Under the pieces are notes generated by a model, which was not told where the DNA came from, made no database searches, and saw only the letters and a list, made by a program, of their open reading frames with translations. The position numbers and the translations under genes are program-made. From Eledone cirrhosa (Eukaryota), in NCBI GenBank assembly GCA_964016885.1, contig OZ024744.1, positions 119,598,001-119,662,000 of the forward strand: a stretch of DNA of 64,000 bases, read 5' to 3'. Shown here piece by piece: positions 1 through 13,798 of this stretch. Position 1 is the stretch's first letter; each line of letters begins with the position of its first letter.

Positions 1-573
1 CCTGTAGCCCCTCTCCTTGGGGTTACTTTTCAGGTAGCATTGCATAACAGTTCTATTCAATTCTTTCGTCCAGTTGGTTCTGGCCCCTTTCCTTCTTCTT
101 CTTCCTCCAACATCAGCAGTATTTCGTTGACAGTCAGGTTCCTGCTGCTGAGCCAGGGGGCACCTGTTGGGTGAGAGTCTGTCACATGACGTTCTAGTCT
201 CCATTTCACCGTTATTCGAACTGTTTATGTTCGATATTTAAACACTCTTATCGAGGATTGGCGAATGTATGTTTACATAGCCATCTGTGGATCCGCCATC
301 CCACTTGGCCCTTGTGTGGCATTATCACCACGCTGTATACGGACACACATAAACAAACAAACACACGGGCAGAAAGGGCCCCAAAAATGAATAAGCATAA
401 GTTTCATTGTAATGTAGTATTCGAATGTCTGACTTAGTTTTTGTTTTTTAAGTTTTACTTTTTCCCCCCTCTTCTCTGTCCGTCCGCCTGCTTCTCTCTT
501 CATTGTTATTATTATTATTATTGTTGTTATTATTATTATTATTGTTATTAATATATATATATATATTTTTTTT

Positions 574-619
574 TCTCGTGCAATGGCCATACTCGATAAC
601 GAGGGGGCAGCCATCATCA
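574..619 (+). mobile_element. RTE LINE 3' tail fragment
   Basis: ctcgtgcaatggccatactcgataacgagggggcagccatc is a near-exact reverse complement of 13583-13624, which lies downstream of the RTE ORF; small ctcg-ataa-cgag hairpin. Confidence 0.6.
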
Positions 620-729
620 TATATGTATATATATGTATATATATATATATGTATGTATATATGTATATATATGTATATATATATATATATGTATATTTGT
701 TTATATATATATGTATATATGTATATATA

Positions 730-1352
730 GGTAAGTATGTATGCATGTATACGTACATACATATATGTATACAGACGTACAGTAGTATGTATATATATAC
801 ATACATGCACACATATATACGTGCACGTATCGGTTTACCGAACATTTATTATAATGCTCGGTTTGTTCGTTTGTAAACAAACAAACAGCCTGAATTACGC
901 CGTACAGTGTTTAGGCAACCACGTCACCTTTTTGTTCAACACTGACACAGGAACGATGTACTAGTTTCAAGCTTATTAGCTATCGTCAGCATCGTATACC
1001 TTCCTGCCAGATGGTTGAACATCTGAAAGTATATACTTTCCTTATGCATATTAACGGCTGAACAGCCTAATTTGCATATCGATTGAGATCAGTCGGCTGG
1101 GCGCACCGAAAACGATAAATGGAATAGAATGAAACGAAATTTCATTTCTCACTCTTAGTACGGCACTTACTTAAATGTAAGTATGTATGTATGTATACGT
1201 ACATACATATATGTATAGAGACGTACAGAAGTATGTATATATATACATACATGCAAATTAGGCTGCTCAGCCGTTAATATGCATAAGGAAAGTATATACT
1301 TTCAGACGTTCAACCATCTGGCAGGAAGGTATACGATGCTGACGATAGCTAA
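730..1352. mobile_element. HHR tandem repeat (retrozyme-like family A): ~1.2 units on - strand plus inverted segment 1251-1352
   Basis: Homologous to 4462-5540 and 31780-32130; 1251-1352 is the reverse complement of ~977-1077. Confidence 0.8.
953..995 (-). ncRNA. Minimal type-I hammerhead ribozyme (family A)
   Basis: - strand: acgatg CTGACGA t agct-aata-agct t GAAA ctag TA catcgt; 6-bp stem I, palindromic loop III. Confidence 0.85.
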
Positions 1353-1820
1353 CTTTGGACATCCTGCAGGACTAAAAACAAAACCTGTCAAAGGACAAAG
1401 GAGCTCTTAAGAGTCAATAGCCATCCAAAATCAAGGCAGAATTCTAGTAGGCGGAAAACTCTGATATAACACCTGCAACCCTGATGGTATCCAATGATGT
1501 TGACTTATTCTTCTTTTTGGTAAATATCATCTTGGTTAAGAGAGTGGAACTGGCTTTGTGCAGTGCCTTTGCTCACTATAAAAGCTTCACGGCACAGGCA
1601 TTGCTTTATATCTGGAGATCTCTCTGCACTTGTCCTCACATGGTACCATGGGCCCAGCACTATATGTCAGTAATTGTCACAAGTGTAGTGTTTGTACCAG
1701 AGTTTTCAAGTCGCTGACTGACTGGACTAAAAAGTCACACTCGTTCAGCGCATCGGTAGGGGTTCTCCTACATGGATATAAAGTAGTGGCCATACTCGAA
1801 CACGAGTTTGCAGCCACCAT
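1353..1820 (+). mobile_element. Non-autonomous RTE-derived element (RTE 5'UTR-like body plus RTE 3' tail)
   Basis: 1440-1570 resembles the reverse complement of 17590-17720 (5' region of the RTE); ends tggccatactcgaacacgag-gcagccacc like the RTE tail. Confidence 0.55.
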
Positions 1821-1884
1821 ATATGTATATATATATATATGTATATATATATATGTATATGTATATATGTATATATATACATAT

Positions 1885-2157
1885 GTATCCAGGGATAACT
1901 TGAACCGTTAAGGTATATTATCAGTGGTTATGTCAAATTTTATAAAACACACTTTGTATTTTATCTGATGAAAGCGTACCAAAATGTTGGTACCCTTGAA
2001 ATATATATAATAGAATAAATATGGTTTTATAAATATAGTTTCCATTTATTTAATATCATTGAATATTATACTCCAGAAAACTGTTGAGTGCTCTGAATCA
2101 GTTATAAACATTTATATCTGTTGAAATACCAACAAATTGAATATCCCTTCTGCTTAT
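1885..2157 (+). mobile_element. Solo PLE pseudo-LTR with HHR at 1957-2017
   Basis: tattttat CTGATGA aagcgtaccaaaatgttggtaccctt GAAA tatata TA atagaata; near-identical inverted copy at 43347-43600; related to pLTRs at 38626 and 42624. Confidence 0.8.
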
Positions 2158-2186
2158 ATGTATATATATATATGTATATATATACA

Positions 2187-2244
<58 letters not shown>

Positions 2245-2268
2245 TGTATATATATACACATATATGTA

Positions 2269-2305
<37 letters not shown>

Positions 2306-2330
2306 ACATATATATATGTATATGTATATA

Positions 2331-2392
<62 letters not shown>

Positions 2393-2468
2393 CGCAGGAA
2401 ATGTGGTAAGGAACCAGGTGGACCATAACGCACCAAAGTACTCAATACTTGGGGTAGTAGAGTGGGTA

Positions 2469-2608
2469 ATAGGAACCAGTAAGACCCCGACGGCTGAGCT
2501 CAAGTCGTTTCGACGGCTAATTCTGTTAAGAGAGTGGGACTGGCTTTGTGCCAGAATTAGCCGTCGAAACGGCTTGAGCTCAGCCGTCGGGGTCTTACTG
2601 GTTCCTAT
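2469..2608. repeat. 57-bp inverted repeat with a 26-nt loop
   Basis: 2469-2525 vs 2552-2608 are reverse complements with 1 mismatch. Confidence 0.85.
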
Positions 2609-2750
2609 ATATATATATATGTATATATATATGAATGTATGTATAGTATATTTGATAATATACTGTATGTATTTAAAAACATTTTGAAGACCATTCGCTA
2701 TAAGTTTTAAAGTAATGACTATGACACTTAATTTGTCTTGGCAATATATG

Positions 2751-2785
<35 letters not shown>

Positions 2786-2802
2786 GTATATGTATATATA
2801 TG

Positions 2803-2833
<31 letters not shown>

Positions 2834-2834
2834 G

Positions 2835-2986
<152 letters not shown>

Positions 2987-2988
2987 TT

Positions 2989-4367
2989 ACCAGGGATATA
3001 TACTATAAACACACAGACACCCATCAATATCTGAATTTAAGTCGTGCCATCCACCTCATACAAAACGCAACATCCCATACTGCCTAGCCAGAAGAATTTG
3101 TACCATTTTAGAAGATATGAATACCAGATACAAACGCCTAACAGAACTGAGAGGATTTTTGCTCAAACAAAAATACCCATCTCTACTTATAGAAAATGGC
3201 ATACAGCGGGCTATAAAAATACCTATACAACTACTTAGGACAACCCAAGGAAGAAGAAACCAAGAACTGGTCATACCATTTATAATGACACACAACCCAT
3301 GTCACCAGAATGTCTTCAACACTACCAAAGAAAACCTACCGATCATTGCTCAAAGTAATGAATTAAAAGGCTTAATCACAGATTGATCTTTGACTCTTAG
3401 ACAGCCGAAAAATTTGAAGCAATATCTAACAAAGGCAAAGTTTGACCTTAACAAAGACCAATCATTCACTGTATCTAAATGCAATGATAGTCGATGCGGC
3501 ACATGTCAATCCATACACGCCGGTCAATATATGAAAACAAAAACTGGAAAAATATTGTGAAGAACTTTATGTCGGTCAAACTGGAAATGCACTATCGGAG
3601 CGTGCACGGGTGCACTGACAGCAAATCAGAGGCCTAAATGTCCGTCAGATACCCCTGAGTAACCATCTAGCAACATGTGGTCAGAAAATATTTATAATAT
3701 TTCAATTCTACAAATTACACAGCCCAATTGAAATCAAGAGAAAAATTAAAGAAAAGAATTTTATTGATAAATTCCAACCCAAGCTAAATGAACAATAATA
3801 ATGCTTAGGGGTATTACTTCTATTATGACTACGCCTACGACCATGTCGACTATCACCACTGACAACAACAACAATAATAATAATAAAAGAGATGTTGATG
3901 GTGATGATTACTAGAAAATGCTATTTTCATCATTTCTAAAAATAGAAAAACAATTGATGCTTTGGATAGGGTCAAATAGAAGTCGTTAGACATACTCAAC
4001 CAACCGTGACGCCTAAACCAATCAGCTTTAGTAATCTAGTGAAACCACACACACCGATTGGTCGAAATACAGTTTGCAAAACTTAGCATTCTGTAGCCCC
4101 TTTTTACTGTATATAAAGCACAGAATGTACCCATCTCATTACAGTTGAAAATTGCAAACTTGACTGTCACCACATATCATGAACCTGAAGATTGCGAAAG
4201 CATGAAAGTACTTGTTCAATTAACACTTAATATTTAATATTCTACGATACTATTTCATTATAATATCATTATAATTGTAAATAAAACGAGTAAATCAGGC
4301 AAAGTTTTAAAGTAAGTGACATAGTCACTACTTTAAAACTCATAGCGAATGGTCTTCAAAATGTTTT
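2989..4367 (+). mobile_element. 5'-truncated, degenerate Penelope-like element (RT thumb, Cys linker, GIY-YIG remnant, pLTR)
   Basis: [13 protein letters not shown]; CNDSRCGTC linker; YVGQTG; HHR at 4180-4218; inverted copy of its 3' end at 2678-2731. Confidence 0.8.
4180..4218 (+). ncRNA. Minimal type-I hammerhead ribozyme
   Basis: tgaac CTGAAGA t tgc-gaaa-gca t GAAA gtac TT gttca. Confidence 0.85.
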
Positions 4368-4376
4368 ATATGTATA

Positions 4377-5634
<1,258 letters not shown>

Positions 5635-5640
5635 TATATA

Positions 5641-6058
5641 TAATATATAAGAACAAAAGATGGTTAAAAGAGTTCCATGTATTTTATTATGCGCATTTCA
5701 AAAACAAATATCATCATGCAATAATATTTGTTTTCATCAGATAAAACAGGAAGACATGATATGAAGGTTAAAAAACACTTGTGGATAGTGCAGTTTTAAA
5801 TCAACATGTTGATTTAAAACTGCACTATCCACAAGTGTTTTTTTAAACCTTCATATCATGTCTTCCTGTTTTATCTGATGAAAACACAAATATTATTGCA
5901 TGATGATATTTGTTTTTGAAATGCGCATAATAAAATACATGGAACTCTTTTAACCATCTTTTGTTCTTATATATTATGTATACTCCAGTCCTACAAATTG
6001 TAGAGTGCTTCTTATCCGATATCTGCATTGCTTTATTGTACTACAATAAAACTCACCT

Positions 6059-6060
<2 letters not shown>
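5641..6060. mobile_element. Fold-back PLE pLTR: near-perfect palindrome 5641-5976 with divergent HHRs at 5680-5748 (-) and 5867-5937 (+)
   Basis: Centre caacatgttg at 5806/5807; tgttttat CTGATGA aaacacaaatatt...gatatttgttttt GAAA tgcgca TA ataaaata. Confidence 0.85.
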
Positions 6061-6100
<40 letters not shown>

Positions 6101-6186
6101 TATGTATATATGTATATAAATATATATGTATATATATATGTGTGTGTGTGTATATATATATATGTATATATATGTATATATATATA

Positions 6187-6229
<43 letters not shown>

Positions 6230-6512
6230 GAAGTAATTCAGTCGGAAAGGTACAGGAAAAAAGAGTGCTCTATGTAGGTTACAGAGCTTATTAGTTATGT
6301 AATAAACAACATAAGATAATTATTTCATTTACCAGTGGTTTCTTAAAAGCAAAAAAATCTGCTTTTAGTCGTCAGAATGAATAAAACATGGTCTTTTTAT
6401 TAAATGTGGATTTGAAAACAAAATATAAGAAATATGAAAGTGAGGCTGAGGAAACAACGAGCGAAGAAGAAAAAAGGGATATATATATATATATGTGTAT
6501 ACATACACATAT

Positions 6513-6643
<131 letters not shown>

Positions 6644-7142
6644 TATATATAAAATAAATAAATAAATAAACAAACATACAAACACTCGATCACGCGCATA
6701 TACTTAAAAAATATGCTGTCACATAAGCGTATATGTGTCAACCGGCATGGACAAATACATACATATACATGAAGTAATAAGAATAAATAAATAAATGAAT
6801 AAGAACAAAAAATAATTCAAGTCAACGATAAAAAAATAGACAGAGGACACAAATAAATAAGTACAGAGGGGAGGGGGAAAAACAAATAAAAATAAACAAA
6901 TACACGAGGTATGCAATTAAAAAATACAGATACACAAAATACAATATATAATAACATACTGCCTGCTGGATAAGTGGAGTGTTATACACCCCTGATCCTT
7001 TCCCTAGCATACAAAATACAATATATACATATATATGTGCGTGCGTATATTTGTATAGGTGCGTGTATGTGTATATATGTGTATATATATATATTTATTT
7101 GTTTTTCCGCTTCCCCTCTTGTTCTTCTTTTTGGTAAATATC

Positions 7143-7407
7143 TATCTATCTAAGGCGGGTAAAATTCCCGAGATCCATGGACGAGTTCTCTCCAGCGGTC
7201 TCTGTCCCTCATTATCGCTGCCATGTCCTGCGTCTCTAACAGACCAGTGTCTGTCCTTAGGGCATCAACATATGTTAACCTTGGTCTTCCTCTTCTAGTG
7301 TGTCCATGTAGGGGCTCCCAAAGGAGCACTGAGTGCAATGTCAACTCTGGATGTCGGTGAGCATGTCCAGCCAACCTCAGTCTCCTCTGTGTCACTTTTG
7401 AGCTGAC
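7143..7407 (-). mobile_element. 5'-truncated RTE LINE 3' end with 14-bp TSD
   Basis: RRLRLAGHAHRH...RRGRPRLTYVD; (ATAG)n tail; ttttggtaaatatc duplicated at 7129-7142 and 7408-7421. Confidence 0.85.
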
Positions 7408-7458
7408 TTTTGGTAAATATCATCTTGATTAAGAGAGTGGGACTGGCTTTGTGCAGTG

Positions 7459-7518
<60 letters not shown>

Positions 7519-7886
7519 ATGTGTTTGTATGTATTTTTACTTATGTGTGTGAGTTTATTTATGTTTATATTATACTTTTATTTGGTTCTATGTATATGTT
7601 TACGTCTTTAGTTGTGTGTATGCGGTAATTATAGGCCTTTGTTTTTTGTCCGTATAGCCTTACTTATAGTTTTGTCTGCGTGTGTTCTTTACGGGCGAGT
7701 GCGCGCAAGCATGCGGTTCCGTTTGTACATTCATTTGGTTGTGTGCTTATTCTCTTACGTGTGTAAGCGTGTGTATGTGGTTGTGTATACGTATTTTTGC
7801 ACGCTTGTTGATGTGTATGCATGTTTATTTTAAAATTTTTATATTTTTGTGTATATATTTATATATATATATGTATGTGTGTATGC

Positions 7887-7951
<65 letters not shown>

Positions 7952-8099
7952 AATGTATATATTTATATATGTATATACACCTACATTTGTGTATATGTTT
8001 TTATACGTATGTATGAGTGTTTGTGCGTGCGTGTGTATGCATGTATATGTATATATATATATATATGAGTGTGTGTGTATATATTTTTTTTTGTATGTA

Positions 8100-8134
<35 letters not shown>

Positions 8135-8185
8135 GCATTGGTTAAGTTTAACGTCCTCGAAATTGAAAGTAGATTTTTTGACAAG

Positions 8186-8723
8186 TGAATGCTTTTTTTT
8201 TTTTTACAATGAAATTTACGATACACTCTTTGTTTATTTACAACAGGTCTCTATAGTGATATGGTGTTAATTAGTATTGCGTGTGTGATTATTTTCTCTT
8301 ATATATATATGTGTGGGTGTGTATATGTGTGTATATATATGTGTGTCTGTATGTATATATATATGTGTGTTTGTATATATATATGTGTTTGTATCATCAT
8401 CATCATCGTTTAGATGTTTTTGTAATATCTTGCCAAAGTTGGCACCAACTATAAACAAATTAAGGCCGGGTCATAAGAAGGACAGAGAATGATAAGGGAT
8501 TTGGGTAAAAACATCTAAACGATGATGATGACACAAACATATATATATACAAACACACATATATATATACATACAGACACACATATACACACCCACACAT
8601 ATATATATAAGAGAAAATAATCACACACGCAATACTAATTAACACCATATCACTATAGAGACCTGTTGTAAATAAACAAAGAGTGTATCGTAAATTTCAT
8701 TGTAAAAAAAAAAAAAGCATTCA
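8186..8723. repeat. ~225-bp inverted repeat with ~85-bp spacer
   Basis: 8186-8421 vs 8507-8723 are reverse complements; TA tracts on both sides. Confidence 0.85.
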
Positions 8724-8762
8724 GGATAATCCTAAGCATTTCTTGCATAACCTAATATATAT

Positions 8763-9047
<285 letters not shown>

Positions 9048-9648
9048 AACTTATACGGTAGTGTCCAATACGTATGAAGAACTCAATGTAATCCAAATAT
9101 CACGAAAAGAGAAGATGCATTCAAAAATTTTCGATAAAGATCATAGGAAAACAGAGTCAAGATAAATTAATAAAAACAATGAAATAAAAACAAAGAACAA
9201 GTTCCTTATTTAAAATGTTATAAGAAAATGAAATACATGTTATGTGGTAAAGACAGAAGTTCAAGAGTTTGACAATATGAGTTGTTTTGATTGGTGGAAA
9301 GGATCAAAGGGATGTGCTGGCCTGTAGTGTATGTGGGGGTGGATGTGATGAAATGTTGGTGACGGTCGCTGGGTGTGATGGGCTGTGGTGTGGTGGTGGC
9401 GGATTGGCTTTGGCCTGTAGTGTATGTGGGGGTGGATGTGATGATAAGATGGTGGTGACGGTCGCTTACTGGGATGGGCTGTGGTGTGGGGGTAGTGGGT
9501 TGTCGGTAGACGGGTTGGCGTGTGTGGGTAGGTAGTGGCGTTTGTGGTGGATGTGATGGTGGTGTCGAGTCCATGGGGAGATACATACCTAGACACTCTT
9601 AGTCTGACAAATACGTTGAATATATATATGCGCATATATACTGATATA

Positions 9649-9687
<39 letters not shown>

Positions 9688-10004
9688 CAGTACATACGTA
9701 CACACTTATATACACACACATACACGCGCCCACATAGATCAACACATACACATATCTATACACATATCTATACACACATGTATGTGCATGCGCGCGTGTG
9801 GATATATATAGAGAGAGTGGGGGAGTATCGGTGGGGGGTGGCGTAGAACAAAGATAGAGGGAAGGTGAGAGCCAATGGAGATGGTGTTGTACATATAGAC
9901 ATATGCATACATACACACATACGGATATGCACACATACGGATATGCACACATACACGTACACACACATATACATAAACATACACATACACATACATACAT
10001 ATAT

Positions 10005-10079
<75 letters not shown>

Positions 10080-10641
10080 AAGTTATATTTAAAATTGTTG
10101 GGTTACAACTAGTAAATATTTATAACTGATATAAAAGCACTCGACAAATATTTGGAGTATATTTACAATATTAAATAAATGGAAAACTATATTTATAAAA
10201 CCATATTTATTTCATTATATATATTTCGGGGATATCATATTAACAATATGCTATGCCTTCCTCAGACAAAATACAATATAAACAGTTTTATAGATAAATA
10301 TATTCGACATACCGTAATAAACATCAACTTCATTTGAAGAGGTTTACGCTAGCAGTGAAAATACAGAGAGAAAGAAAGAGAGAAAGAAAAGAGGGAAAAA
10401 AAGAAAGAAAGAAAGACAGAACGAAGAGAAGGAAGAAAAAGAAAAAGAAGAAAAAAGAAAAAGAAGAAATGCATGGAACAAAATAGAGAGATGGAAAAAT
10501 AGATAAAGCGAAGAGCTTCATGTAAAGAGACAGAAAGAGATATATATATATAAAGAGAGAGGAAATAGAGATAGATACATATATATATATAGAAAATTAG
10601 GTAGTGGGAGGTCATTTTGAGTAAGTGTATCAATGATACAT

Positions 10642-10676
<35 letters not shown>

Positions 10677-13514
10677 GCTCAAGTATTAATGTAAGGGAGA
10701 AATATAGAGAGATATAGAGAGATATAGAGAGAGAAAAAATTTAAAAATAGCCAGACATATTCGAGGCGTAGAAAACCCTATGTTTTAATGTATTAGTATT
10801 TATAAAACTTACACTATACTGTAAATATCAGTATTCCTGAATGAAACAAGTATTCACAATGTGTGAAAATTCATTATCTTATGTTTAGTTTTAAAAAATT
10901 CATATGTTTATGTGACAGCTACAAACATCAATGTGAATCCAACTGATTCACTCCGCAAATTCTAGGTTACCGGAAAACATTCTCAATGTGGTATAAAAAT
11001 TTGAGCATATTATTATTCTTGCGATTACTCTACAAGATTATCTATCAAGCAGAAATAGAGAGCAGATTTCAATATACTAATCGAAAATATATATTATATT
11101 ATAAACAAAGATAACAATAATAATAATAATAAGTAAAAATATATAAAAATATAGAATAGAAAACTAAAAAGATATTACGAAAGAATATTACATAATAAAA
11201 ATATTGCATATTAAAAATACGTATTAAAAAATATTACGTATTAAAAATTTACATATAAAAATATTAAAAATAAAATAAAAATAAAAATATTATAGAATAC
11301 TACAATACTAAAAGAATAAAGATAAAAATAAAAATAAAAATAAAAATAAAAATAAAAATAAAAATAAAAATAAAAATAAAAATAAAAATAAAAATAAAAA
11401 TAAAAATAAAAATAAAAATAAAAATAAAAATAAAAATAAAAATAAAAATAAAAATAAAAATAAAAATAAAAATGAAAATAAACCACAAAGAACAACCCTT
11501 CAAAGTTAATTGACAATATATTGCCAAGTTCATTACAAGACAAAGCCAAAAATTATCTATCAAATCACATCTAGCAAAGAATATCGCAAAAAAGATTATG
11601 ATGTCCAATAATGTCTACATATGTTCCTATATTTAATATAGAAGTTTATCTAGTGTAAGGTTAATTCAAAAAATTTGGAGCATCGGCTTTTAGGGTAGCT
11701 TAATTTTTCATGAGGAATGTTTAGATAAAAATAAAAATAAATAAAATAAATTAAACAATAAAAAGAGTAAAAAGAGGGAATCAAAGATTTAGGAATCAAA
11801 AGATTTATCGGCTAGTTCTCATATAAATATAAATCAAACTAAATATACTACATTTTAAATTTAAATTTATATTTAAACGTTGAGTTTAATCTATGCTTGC
11901 AACAACTGAATAAATTTGTCCGTAGGTTAAGGGAATTTTTAGATTTTAGTATAAAGAATATCTCCTCTGCGCAGAGGTCACATGTCTCAGAGGATGAATT
12001 AAAAGGAATCCCTCTTGAGACTATATTCCAAGCCGTCGAATATCTAACGTTATCTAGCTTAAGTTGCCAGAGTACCCCTGATAGTGCCGTTGAAGATTTT
12101 TTATTTGGATCTGTGAAAGAATTCTTGTGGTTATTATAGCGAAGTTTAAATTCCGTCGATGTGGAACCGACGTAGTTAAAAGAATTAGAGTCAGTATTAA
12201 CATTACAATTGTATACTATATTTTTAACTAAGCAGTTGTTATTTAACGGACATTTAGATCTATCTCTACAGTTACATTTGTTAACTTGTATATTATTTAT
12301 GCTATTATCAGTAGGTTTTAAGTTCCTATTATTTATTCTATTAATATTTTGTGCTAAATTTTTGGTGGATGAGTAGGTTAATTTAATTGTATGCCTATTG
12401 AAGATTGAGTGATACCTATGTGTTCTAGGGAAGCGATTATCAAGAGCTTTGAAAAATAATTTAGCGATGTGGGTTTTAATGTTTAGTGAGAAAGGGGGGG
12501 CAAACCAAATTATGTTCCTAGTTCTATTTCTTTTTTGTCCTTTGGAATTATTGTAATGCTTTCTATTATAGTTGTTAATGTTGTTGCCGTAATTAAAAAA
12601 GTTGTTACTTTGTTTAGTTAGTCTATCATTATCTATGTACACAATCTTATCAGCATACCCTGCCCTAGCTAGTGCATCATTATAGTATTGGGCCTTTTCG
12701 TCAAAAATCTTTCTATTCGACGAGATCCTAGAGATACGTTTTTGGACTGAGTTTACTATAGTGTTTTTGACAGATCTGGGGTGGTTAGAGTTAAAGTTGA
12801 CATAGTTTAAGTTTTCATTCAACTTGTGAAAAGGATAGTGGAGACATGTGTTGAGATTTAATGTTATATCTAGGAAATTGACTATTCTATGGTTGTTCTC
12901 AATTTCTATTTTAAGGTTAAAGTAATTAAAAAATTTTGTAATTTGTTTACATTTTCTATTTAGTTCAGGGTTATTATTATTAATAAGTAAAAGCATGTCA
13001 TCCCTATATAAACCTCCGGTAGTACCGGGTATTTTCCTATGTAGCGAATTGATTAAAAATAAGCCCACAAGGTCAGTTACCTGAGCTGAGTCGGAAGATC
13101 CCATAGTTATGTCAAAATTGCTATCTCTATCTGCTCTGGTCCATAATTTGTCATTAAATTCTATCAAAGTTTTCCTAGCCGATAATATAATATGCATTTC
13201 TTTGCTAGTTAGGTCCGTATGTTTGAATGTGTAATTTAGTGCCTTATTTAGTAGACTAGGGGTAATAGAAGAATAATAGTTAGCTATATCAAGTTGAATA
13301 AACCTCTTTCTTTCTCTCTGTATTTTCACTGCTAGCGTAAACCTCTCCAAATGAAGTTGATGTTTATTACGGTATGTCGAATATATTTATCTATAAAACT
13401 GTTTATATTGTATTTTGTCTGATGAAGGCATAGCATATTGTTAATATGATATCCCCGAAATATATATAATGAAATAAATATGGTTTTATAAATATAGTTT
13501 TCCATTTATTTAAT

Positions 13515-13519
<5 letters not shown>
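10080..13519 (-). mobile_element. 5'-truncated Naiad-type PLE with 3' pLTR (10080-10385) and inverted pLTR copy at the 5' end (13303-13519)
   Basis: RT/GIY-YIG ORF; HHRs at 10208-10273 (-, CTGAGGA) and 13411-13476 (+, CTGATGA); (AAAAAT)n in the 3'UTR at ~11324-11472. Confidence 0.9.
11848..13303 (-). CDS. PLE reverse transcriptase plus GIY-YIG endonuclease, open but N-truncated
   Basis: FIQLDIANYY, MGSSDSAQVTDLVG, GGLYRDD, WFAPPFS, CNC, IVY..YVGST, CDLC, CCKH; the first ~16 aa of the 500-aa ORF come from the inverted pLTR. Confidence 0.9.
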
Positions 13520-13576
<57 letters not shown>

Positions 13577-13582
13577 TACATA

Positions 13583-13642
13583 TGATGGCAGCCCCCTCGT
13601 TATCGAGTATGGCCATTGCACGAGAAAAAAAAAAAAAAAAAA

Positions 13643-13703
<61 letters not shown>

Positions 13704-13767
13704 CATATATACATACACACATACATACACATACACTCACACATATACACACACATACATTAATAAC

Positions 13768-13798
<31 letters not shown>

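Noticed and set aside
9218-9635. Pro/Thr/His-rich ORFs
   Set aside because: Low-complexity GT-rich sequence with an internal duplication; more like the UTR of a retroelement
13303-13350. MERFTLAVKIQRERKR as the true N-terminus of the 500-aa protein
   Set aside because: It is antisense read-through of the inverted pLTR; the real N-terminal ~250 aa are seen only in 38888-39650
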